From assembly GCF_005696695.1 (NCBI RefSeq), contig NZ_CP040006.1:240001-272000 (forward strand): a stretch of DNA of 32,000 nt, given 5' to 3'. The translations under genes were made by a program, and so were the position numbers. Positions 8,215-14,682 of this stretch are shown here, in pieces. The first letter of the stretch is position 1. Each line of letters starts with the position of its first letter. The notes below the pieces were generated by a model. The model made no database searches, had not been told where the DNA came from, and saw only the letters and a list, made by a program, of their open reading frames with translations. This DNA is from Schaalia odontolytica. GTDB taxonomy: Bacteria; Actinomycetota; Actinomycetes; Actinomycetales; Actinomycetaceae.

Positions 8215-9834
8215 TTACGGCGCGGGCATGACCCCGCGACCGATCTCAAACCCGGCCGGCGCCCAGCCCGTCCCGTACGACAGACGCACCGACACCTCGC
8301 GAACGCCCGAGGCCGGCCACGCCACCGGGAGGAACCCCGTCTCGCCGGGCGCGACGTCCAGGAACGCCGGGTACTCCCACGTGACGGCTCCATCCTCGAT
8401 GACACGGCACAGGAACTCCAGGTCGGACGTCGGTGTGAAGGTCATGTGGTTGCGAACCGTCACCCCCGAGTACGAGGGCGCCACCGTCACCGGCGCGTAG
8501 TGCAGCTCCTCCGCGCGCACCTCGCTCAGCAGCGGGAAGTCCGTTTCCGCATACTCCGGCCGCGTCGGATCAAGTGCGCGGGCGGCGCGGATCTCCTCGT
8601 CCTCCTCGCCCACGTTCCACGCAATGACGCTCGGGTGCGCACGATCCCGGCGGATCATCGCCTCGATTGCCTCGTCGCGCGCGGGGCCGGACTCGTACAT
8701 CGTCGACGCCCGGCCAATGATGTACAGACCGTACAGGTCAGCCAATTCGTAGAAGCGCGCGTGCGCGGGCCCCTGCTCGATCGCGACCGCGTTCACGCCG
8801 CGGCGCTTGCACCACACGATGTCATCGAGCATGTCCTGCAGACCCACCGCGAGCCCAGTGCGACCATCGCACTCGTTGCGGCGCACGCCGCGCAGCGTCA
8901 GCGGGCGGCCTGCCAGGCGCAAGCCCTCGGGGGTCGCCGTCAGATCGCGGAAGCCCACCTGCAGGGCGATCGCGTCCTGTGTGCCCGCCTCCTCGTCGCT
9001 CAGCGTCACCACCAGCGTGTACAGCACCGGCTCCTCGGCGCTCCACGGGAGCACGTCCACGCCTCTTGCCTCGAGGTCCTCGCCGGGCGGGGCGCTCGCG
9101 GACCAGATCTCCTCCTGCTGGGCCTCGCCTAGCAGTGCGGCGCGGATCGTTGAGGTCTTCGAGGCCTCGGAGCACTCGACGCGCAGGCGCAGGGACCCGC
9201 TCGTGCCGTCGTGCGAGGCCTGCGGGATCACATCGATGACGTGCGCAGGTGGGCGAGCCTCGAGGGAGACCTCGCGGAACAGGCCGTGGCAGCACGCCGG
9301 CGAATCCATGAGCAGAACGCTGATCTCGTGCGTGTGCATCGGTTGCAGCGCATCCGTCACGTCGAAGGCTGCCGGAATGAAACCGTCCGCGCAAAAACCG
9401 ACGAAAATGCCGTCCAGCCACACGTAGAGGGGGCCGGTGAAGCCGCCGAACGTCAGCGTCATCGTCCACCCGCGCTCGCTCGCGTCCTTCAGGGGCGCGT
9501 CGAGGATGAACTCGCGACGCAGGATTGAGGCGCGAACCTGATCCGGGGCGGGTTCTCCCTGGGCCTCTGCGGCTCTGCGGGCCTCCTCCTCGCGGCGCAG
9601 CCATGCGCCGTCCATCTCCAGCACACCGGGCACCGACGTCGCCTCGAAGTCACGCTGAAGGGGGGTGCGTTTGATCAGCTCGGCAGCAGTGCCTGATACA
9701 CCCGTGACCTGCCAGGTGCTGGACAGCATTTGAAGTGGCCTGCGCGACCTCCACGTCGAGTGCACCGTCAGGCGGTTCACCGACGCCCCGGGGTCCCGTA
9801 GCCATGCAACGTCTGGTTCCGGGATGTGTTCCAT
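8215..9834 (-). CDS. Glycoside hydrolase family 2 (LacZ-like) protein, truncated to 539 aa and active-site-degenerate; possibly a pseudoenzyme or gene relic
   Basis: Clear collinear similarity to E. coli LacZ domains 1-3. PWSAEEPVLYTLVVTL matches LWSAEIPNLYRAVVEL. VGFRDL...LAGRPLTLRGVRRNE matches VGFREV..LNGKPLLIRGVNRHE. YELADLYGLYII matches YTLCDRYGLYVV. RRDRAHPSVIAWNVGEE matches QRDRNHPSVIIWSLGNE. ALDPTRPEY matches SVDPSRPVQY. The alignment then jumps straight to a domain-4-like segment (LDVAPGETGFLPV matches LDVAPQGKQLIEL). The ~160 aa carrying the nucleophile region is therefore absent. Confidence 0.6.
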   Translation of the reverse strand: MEHIPEPDVAWLRDPGASVNRLTVHSTWRSRRPLQMLSSTWQVTGVSGTAAELIKRTPLQRDFEATSVPGVLEMDGAWLRREEEARRAAEAQGEPAPDQVRASILRREFILDAPLKDASERGWTMTLTFGGFTGPLYVWLDGIFVGFCADGFIPAAFDVTDALQPMHTHEISVLLMDSPACCHGLFREVSLEARPPAHVIDVIPQASHDGTSGSLRLRVECSEASKTSTIRAALLGEAQQEEIWSASAPPGEDLEARGVDVLPWSAEEPVLYTLVVTLSDEEAGTQDAIALQVGFRDLTATPEGLRLAGRPLTLRGVRRNECDGRTGLAVGLQDMLDDIVWCKRRGVNAVAIEQGPAHARFYELADLYGLYIIGRASTMYESGPARDEAIEAMIRRDRAHPSVIAWNVGEEDEEIRAARALDPTRPEYAETDFPLLSEVRAEELHYAPVTVAPSYSGVTVRNHMTFTPTSDLEFLCRVIEDGAVTWEYPAFLDVAPGETGFLPVAWPASGVREVSVRLSYGTGWAPAGFEIGRGVMPAP

Positions 9835-10055
9835 GTAATAAAAGTAGCATTTTATGTTTAGTCATGAAATGGCATTGTTTTTTGAAATACAGGTAAATGT
9901 GCCTTGACATGCGGAATATCTACGGGTGACAAGTGGGATGGCGACCACATTCTGGGATTTATGGTCATACGGATGGACAAAAATGCCTCGTTGCCGGGAG
10001 GTGCTGTTTGGGTATAACGAGCCCCGGCCTCGTCTCTCGGGGTGCACATAAAGAA

Positions 10056-10093
10056 CCCCGGCCTCGTCCCTGAGAGTTGGAACGAGGCCGGGG
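10056..10093 (-). terminator. Stem-loop terminator downstream of the OPT transporter gene
   Basis: CCCCGGCCTCGT (10056-10067) pairs with ACGAGGCCGGGG (10082-10093) across a 14-nt loop, about 45 nt past the stop codon at 10138-10140 on the minus strand. Confidence 0.55.
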
Positions 10094-10137
10094 CTGCATG
10101 CCGCGGGGGTGAATCCCCTCGCGTGTGCGTCGCGCGT

Positions 10138-12138
10138 TTACTTCGCGGCGGACTCGCGATCCGAGTCGCGCGTGATCTTACGAGCGAAGTTGTAGAGCAG
10201 CCACGTCGCAACCGCGAAGAACACCAGGCCCAGAACGTTCGCGAACGGCGTGAAGCCGTCGCCGATGAACGGCAGCGCCAGCGGCGACTCCGAGCCCGTC
10301 GCGCCCGCGATGCCCGCGTAGACGACGCCGAACAGGGACTCGCCGACGATCAGGCCGGTGGCAGCCAGCGTGCCGAAGCGCTTCGCGCGCTCCACGTCCG
10401 CCTGCTTGTCAGCCCACCTGTTGTACAGGAAGCCAATGAACGCGCCGATCGGGATCAGGACCGTCAGGGAAGCGGGCAGGTAAATGCCCATGCCGACCGC
10501 CAGCGGAGGCAGGGCGAGCTTACCCTTCGACGCGGGGCGCAGAACCTCGTCAATGATGATGACGACAACGCCGATCGCAGCACCGATGCCCAGGAGCTTC
10601 CAGTCGATGCCGCCGCCAAGCACGCCCTTAGCGAGCGAGGAAATCAGCGAGGCCTGCGGGGCCGCCAGCGCGTCCGGTCCAGCGCCGGGAGCGCCCTGGA
10701 AACCGAAGGAGTTCTGCATGAGCTCCAGGACCGGGGGAATGATCAGCGCGCCGAAGACGACGCCGATGACCAGGGCAACCTGCTGCTTCCACGGGGTCGC
10801 GCCCACCAGCTGGCCCGTCTTGAGGTCCTGCAGGTTATCGTTCGCGATCGTCGCAATGCAGAAGACGATGGCCGAGGTGAACAGCGTGTAGGCGATGAGT
10901 GCCGTGTTCTCTTCCGTGGTCGAGCCGCGGCCGTGCACCGCCAGGATGACGACCGCCGTGATGACGACGACCAGCAGGCCGACGCCGGAGACCGGCGAGT
11001 TCGACGAGCCGATCAGGCCGGCCATGTAACCACAGACCGCCGCGACCAGCAGGCCGGCGAGCAGGATGAAGATGACCGAGACGGCAATCAGGACGGCCGT
11101 GTTGTGCTCGATCTGCGTGCCGCGCATGAACCACCACAGCAGACCTGCGATCGGAACCATGGCCACAAAGATGGAGACGATAACCCACTTGCCGGGGATA
11201 TCCTGCTCGGTGCGGTCGACCTGCGCGCCATTCTCCTTGGTGCCGCGCGAGGCGCGCAGCGACTCAGACATGCCGCGGGCGATCGGGCCCATGATCTTGA
11301 TGAGCGTCCAGATGGCGGCGACCGCCATGACGCCCGCGCCGATGAAGCGCACGTCCGACTTGAAGACCGTGGACAGGGCTGAGGTCAGATCATCCGCGCC
11401 GTCCAGCTGGCCGTTCGCGTACAGGGGCAGTAGAACGCCGTAGGAGGTGACCATGCCGATCAGCATCGCGATGCCGACCGTCATACCGACCAGGTGGCCC
11501 ACGCCGATCAGAGCGAGGGACAGGGAGGTGGAAATCATCGTGCCCGTCGAGCCAATCTTGAAAGCCGTACCAACCTCGGAGGCCACGACCTTCATGTAGC
11601 CCAGAAGCGCCATCGTGGCCGAGGCCAGGGCGCCCCACGTGATGGCCAGGAGGCCACGCTTGTTGTCCTCGCCCGCATCCTGGGCATCGCCGACCTTCAG
11701 AATCTCAGCGCCTGCCACGCCCTCCGGGTAGGGCAGGTCCGAGCCGGTCACGAGCGCGCGGCGCAGGGGGATCGAGTACATGACGCCCAGCGCACCGCCG
11801 ACCGCACACACAAACATGGTCTCCCAGTAGGGGAAACCGCTCCACCAGCCGACAATCACGAGGCCGGGGAGAACGAAGATGACCGCCGACAGCGTGCCGG
11901 CCGCCGAAGCGATGGTCTGGACGATGTTGTTCTCCTGGACCGTGTGGTCGCCCCAGAAGCGCAGAACCGCCATCGAGATGACGGCTGCCGGGATCGACGT
12001 CGCAAACGTCAAGCCGACCTTCAGACCCAGGTAGACGTTCGCGGCCGTGAACAGCAGCGTAATAATGCCGCCGAGGATGATGCCGCGGAGGGTCAGTTCT
12101 TTGAGCGACGTTTGCTTCGTCGCGTTTGGCGCAGACAC
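10138..12138 (-). CDS. OPT-family oligopeptide transporter (about 666 aa, polytopic membrane protein)
   Basis: The N-terminus (LKELTLRGIILGGIITLLFTAANVYLGLKVGLTFATSIPAAVISMAVLR) is the signature start of bacterial OPT-superfamily transporters, and there are many TM segments. I place the start at the GTG at complement 12136-12138, which has an AAAGGA Shine-Dalgarno 5 nt upstream. The longer track ORF (to 12420) would run into the tRNA gene. Confidence 0.85.
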   Translation of the reverse strand: MSAPNATKQTSLKELTLRGIILGGIITLLFTAANVYLGLKVGLTFATSIPAAVISMAVLRFWGDHTVQENNIVQTIASAAGTLSAVIFVLPGLVIVGWWSGFPYWETMFVCAVGGALGVMYSIPLRRALVTGSDLPYPEGVAGAEILKVGDAQDAGEDNKRGLLAITWGALASATMALLGYMKVVASEVGTAFKIGSTGTMISTSLSLALIGVGHLVGMTVGIAMLIGMVTSYGVLLPLYANGQLDGADDLTSALSTVFKSDVRFIGAGVMAVAAIWTLIKIMGPIARGMSESLRASRGTKENGAQVDRTEQDIPGKWVIVSIFVAMVPIAGLLWWFMRGTQIEHNTAVLIAVSVIFILLAGLLVAAVCGYMAGLIGSSNSPVSGVGLLVVVITAVVILAVHGRGSTTEENTALIAYTLFTSAIVFCIATIANDNLQDLKTGQLVGATPWKQQVALVIGVVFGALIIPPVLELMQNSFGFQGAPGAGPDALAAPQASLISSLAKGVLGGGIDWKLLGIGAAIGVVVIIIDEVLRPASKGKLALPPLAVGMGIYLPASLTVLIPIGAFIGFLYNRWADKQADVERAKRFGTLAATGLIVGESLFGVVYAGIAGATGSESPLALPFIGDGFTPFANVLGLVFFAVATWLLYNFARKITRDSDRESAAK

Positions 12139-12387
12139 GAAAAATCCTTTCGCTGCCTTGAATAGATACCCTGCAAGAGTAGTGCATTTATGAGTGGGCG
12201 TGAATGGTATGCGGTTACTTAATCTCGTATTCAACCGTTCTAAATGCCGAGGTCGCGCTTGTTTTGCTTGTTCCGTGTGAACTTTCGGGGTTGTGGCCCT
12301 GCTCCCAGGCTGCTGTGTGGCCCTCCTCCCAGCACGCCCGGTCGATTTGCGCGCGCAGGGGGAGGGTGTAGTAGAGTATCCGGGTAA

Positions 12388-12477
12388 GGTAGCGTGTCCG
12401 AGCGGCCGAAGGTGCAGCACTCGAAATGCTGTGTGGTGTCACAGCCACCCTGGGTTCAAATCCCAGCGCTACCGCCA
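12388..12477 (+). tRNA. tRNA-Ser, anticodon CGA, with encoded CCA
   Basis: Acceptor stem GGTAGCG/CGCTACC. D-loop GAGCGGCCGAA, typical of class II tRNAs. Anticodon stem CAGCA/TGCTG with loop CTCGAAA (anticodon CGA). Long variable arm (TGTGGTGTCACAGCCACCC). T-arm CTGGG-TTCAAAT-CCCAG. Discriminator G followed by CCA. Confidence 0.9.
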
Positions 12478-12480
12478 CTG

Positions 12481-12514
12481 CCGCCCGGCCCCATTGGGGC
12501 CGGGCGGTTTTGTT
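12481..12514 (+). terminator. Rho-independent terminator after tRNA-Ser
   Basis: CCGCCCGGCCCC (12481-12492), loop ATT, GGGGCCGGGCGG (12496-12507), followed by TTTTGTT. Confidence 0.8.
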
Positions 12515-12744
12515 ATGCCTAGCTGGTGTGCCGTGTTGCCGTGTTGCTTGTGGCCCCACGGGTGTTCCGGGCGCCGGAGGGCCCGGCCGCCCGCGAGGCT
12601 AGGCGACCTCACTTCGTTCGGCGCCACGCCTCGAAGCCCGCCCGTGCCCTCCGGTCCCTCCGGCGCCCTCCACACCAGTGGGGCTAGGTCGCTGATGTGT
12701 GGCGCGTCGTCTCGTAGCCCGGCCAGGCCCCGCCGCCGCCGATC

Positions 12745-12857
12745 AATTTCGCACGTAATTCTCCTGCGGCTTGTTCAAACATTGAATTTGCATCGTTGGA
12801 ATTGCAACGTTTTTGGGGTGTGTCGAAAAATGACCACGATAAATTACGTGCGAAATT
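12745..12857. repeat. Perfect 16-bp inverted repeat flanking an 81-bp AT-rich core
   Basis: AATTTCGCACGTAATT (12745-12760) is the exact reverse complement of AATTACGTGCGAAATT (12842-12857). The enclosed sequence is much more AT-rich than the window average. Confidence 0.8.
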
Positions 12858-12928
12858 TGGGAGGCGGTGGTGTCGTTGCTGCCCGCGGGCGCCGCGACCA
12901 GGCCCTGTCGACCGGGTGGCCCGGTTGT

Positions 12929-13034
12929 CTGAAACCGCTGTCGCCTTTGCGGGCGCCGGCCGAGCTTTAGCTGAAACCCCTGTCGCCTTTGCTTGCTGGT
13001 GTCTGTGTGGGAGTGAAACCGCCATCGCCTTTGT
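12929..13034 (+). repeat. Three direct copies of a 22-bp motif, phased at exactly 42 bp
   Basis: CTGAAACCGCTGTCGCCTTTGC (12929), CTGAAACCCCTGTCGCCTTTGC (12971) and GTGAAACCGCCATCGCCTTTGT (13013). Confidence 0.85.
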
Positions 13035-13076
13035 GGGCGCGAAATGGGCGTTTTTGGTGCGTTTTTTGGCTGCATT

Positions 13077-13180
13077 GGTGTTGTTGGTTTCAACGGTTGC
13101 TATTCAGGGGCGCGCAGTGGTGATGGCGGTTTCATACTGGCCTGCATCAGTGGCTGCAGAGGTGTCATTGGTTTCAAAGT
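13077..13180 (-). repeat. Three inverted-orientation copies of the TGAAACC-type motif, again phased at exactly 42 bp
   Basis: GGTGTTGTTGGTTTCAACGG (13077), GGTGATGGCGGTTTCATACT (13119) and GGTGTCATTGGTTTCAAAGT (13161). The reverse complement of copy 2 (TGAAACCGCCATCACC) matches direct copy 3 (TGAAACCGCCATCGCC). Confidence 0.75.
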
Positions 13181-13206
13181 CGCCACGTCACAGCGTCCAG
13201 TGCGCA

Positions 13207-13399
13207 AAAAAGTTCGCCCAGCAGGGCCTGGTGGTGGGTGTGAGCGTGACAAAATTCGCCCAGCGCTCGAGAAATAGCCGAAAATCGGCGTTTTATGGTG
13301 TGCTGGGCGAGTTTTGTACCGGGTTGGCCCAAGAATGCCGAGTGCTGGGCGAACTTTGTCGCGGGCCAGCAGCTGTAGGCGTCCGCGGGCGAACTTTGT
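13207..13399. repeat. Five copies of a 16-bp motif GCTGGGCGAAnTTTGT, two inverted then three direct, spaced 42/42/40 bp within each set
   Basis: Minus-orientation copies are AAAAAGTTCGCCCAGC (13207-13222) and ACAAAATTCGCCCAGC (13249-13264). Plus-orientation copies are GCTGGGCGAGTTTTGT (13302), GCTGGGCGAACTTTGT (13344) and CGCGGGCGAACTTTGT (13384). The two sets diverge around the small palindrome GCCGAAAATCGGC (about 13278-13290). Confidence 0.8.
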
Positions 13400-13507
13400 T
13401 GCGCCGTGCGCTTGGTAGCTGGGCCCCTCTACTGGCAGTGTTAACCCTTTAATGCGCAGCTAAACCCACCTAGTGGTAGCTGGGCGTGGCTGCCCACGCT
13501 CCACCAG

Positions 13508-13586
13508 GTGGGTTAACGTGCGCAGGAAAGGGCCCAGGCGGCCACCTGCTGGGTTAGGACCCCCCATCTATCGGGTTAACGTGCGC
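13508..13586 (+). repeat. Two direct copies of GGGTTAACGTGCGC, 63 bp apart
   Basis: GTGGGTTAACGTGCGC (13508-13523) and CGGGTTAACGTGCGC (13572-13586). An inverted GTTAACCC lies at 13440-13447. Related words recur at 24688-24696 and 25064-25076. Confidence 0.75.
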
Positions 13587-13695
13587 GTGACGGGCGGCCT
13601 GGTGATATGTCGTGTGCTGCGGACCAGCAGCCTCTGCGGGCGCTGCAGCCAGGCCCACGGGTCCTTCGAAGCCGTCGCGCCTCCCGGGATACGAC

Positions 13696-13725
13696 AGAGG
13701 CGGGACCCCGAAGGATCCCGCCTCT
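13696..13725 (-). terminator. GC-rich hairpin, possibly the sodA terminator
   Basis: AGAGGCGGGA (13696-13705) pairs with TCCCGCCTCT (13716-13725) across a 10-nt loop. It lies about 110 nt downstream of the sodA stop on the minus strand and has no clear U-tract. Confidence 0.3.
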
Positions 13726-13833
13726 CGTTGCGTGCGGTGGCCGCGCCGTCGGCGCCGATAAGACAGCGCTAGAAACTCAGTGCCCGAGCCTCAGCTCGGT
13801 AACAACGGCCGCGGTCGTGTCAGGCACGAACGG

Positions 13834-14520
13834 TCAGTTCTTCCACCAGCCCTTGACGGTGTCGATGGCCTGCGTGCCCAGGTCGGTCAGCGCGGAGTGG
13901 GCGTTGACCAGGCCGGAGGACAGGCGAGCGGCCTGGAAGCGGGAGGCGACGTTCTCCCAGTTCACCAGGTTCCACCAGGCCTTGACGTAGTCGGCCTTGA
14001 CGTTGAGGTAATCCAGGTAGAAGGCGTGCTCCCACATGTCGATCATGAGCAGCGGAACGGTCGCGACCGGGATGTTGCCCTGCTGGTCGGTCATCTGGTA
14101 GGTCACGAGGCGCTTGCCGACGGTGTCCCACGCGAGGACGGCCCAGCCGGAGCCCTGCAGGCCCAGGGCTGCGGCGGCAAACTGAGCCTGGAAGGACTCA
14201 AAGGAGCCGAAGAACTCGTCGATGGCGGCGCCGAGCTCACCCTCGGGGCGCGAGGCGCCCTCGCCGGTCATGTTGGTCCAGAAGATGGAGTGGTTGGTGT
14301 GACCGCCCAGGTTGAAGGCCAGGTTCTTCTCCCACAGGTTGATCGCGGCGAAGTCACCGGACTCGCGGGCGGCAGCCAGCTTCTCAAGGGCCGCGTTCGC
14401 GCCGGCCACGTAGTTGGCGTGGTGCTTGGAGTGGTGCAGCTCCATGATGCGGCCGGAAATGTGGGGCTCGAGAGCGGCGTAATCGTAGGGAAGTTCGGGC
14501 AGGGTGTAGACGGTCATCAT
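13834..14520 (-). CDS. sodA: Mn/Fe superoxide dismutase
   Basis: M(M)[32 protein letters not shown]...[11 protein letters not shown] is the canonical Fe/Mn-SOD sequence, including the metal ligands. There are two tandem ATGs (14520 and 14517) behind a CAGGAGGAGC Shine-Dalgarno; the second may be the true start. The track ORF extension to 14655 is rejected. Confidence 0.93.
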   Translation of the reverse strand: MMTVYTLPELPYDYAALEPHISGRIMELHHSKHHANYVAGANAALEKLAAARESGDFAAINLWEKNLAFNLGGHTNHSIFWTNMTGEGASRPEGELGAAIDEFFGSFESFQAQFAAAALGLQGSGWAVLAWDTVGKRLVTYQMTDQQGNIPVATVPLLMIDMWEHAFYLDYLNVKADYVKAWWNLVNWENVASRFQAARLSSGLVNAHSALTDLGTQAIDTVKGWWKN

Positions 14521-14625
14521 GCTCCTCCTGGGCGTCGTCGTCGTTTGTCTGTTGACTCCAAGGGTAGTACTTAAGTCCCGCCTTGCGTAGGGGTTATGTG
14601 TCACCTTTCGCGCAGTGCGATCAAC

Positions 14626-14668
14626 GACGAGGCCGGGGCTGGGTCTCGCGACCACGCCCCGGCCTCGT
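14626..14668 (-). terminator. Stem-loop terminator downstream of the DUF808 gene
   Basis: ACGAGGCCGGGG (14626-14637) pairs with CCCCGGCCTCGT (14657-14668) across a 19-nt loop, 15 nt past the stop at 14683. The stem sequence is the same as in the terminator at 10056-10093. Confidence 0.5.
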
Positions 14669-14682
14669 GAAACGACAGACGA

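Noticed and set aside
9862-10047. Small ORFs in the AT-rich region between the GH2-like gene and the OPT terminator.
   Set aside because: They have no ribosome-binding sites or recognisable products. They span the terminator hairpins, and the codon usage is unlike that of the rest of the window.
12139-12420. The N-terminal extension of the OPT transporter ORF as drawn in the track (start at 12420).
   Set aside because: The extension would overlap the tRNA-Ser gene on the opposite strand and encodes non-membrane, Arg/Pro-rich sequence. The internal GTG at 12138 has a proper Shine-Dalgarno and coincides with the start of family similarity.
13013-13092. parS-like half sites (GTGAAAC / GTTTCA), suggesting a ParB-binding centromere.
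   Set aside because: No full 16-bp TGTTTCACGTGAAACA-type palindrome is present, only isolated half-site-like heptamers. The resemblance may be coincidental.
12929-13399. A possible CRISPR array, suggested by regularly spaced repeats with variable spacers.
   Set aside because: The repeats are only 16-22 bp and degenerate. The period is 40-42 bp, far below the 55-75 bp typical of CRISPR. Motif identity changes between sets, orientation flips within the tract, and no cas genes are nearby.
12796-13452. A 218-aa ORF whose product shows a 14-aa periodicity (SETAVAFAG / AETPVAFAC / SETAIAFVG), that is, a possible repeat protein.
   Set aside because: The composition is Cys/Trp/Arg-rich. There is no start context. 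The same motifs appear in inverted orientation further on, which cannot be in frame on one strand. Overlapping ORFs in other frames are equally long. The DNA-level repeat explanation fits better, although a decayed repeat-protein pseudogene cannot be fully excluded.
12388-13833. A classical integrase-mediated genomic island at tRNA-Ser.
   Set aside because: No integrase gene or fragment could be recognised. I found no duplicate of the tRNA 3' end downstream, only a 9-nt CCCAGCGCT match at 13258 that belongs to another repeat. Only a remnant scenario remains possible.
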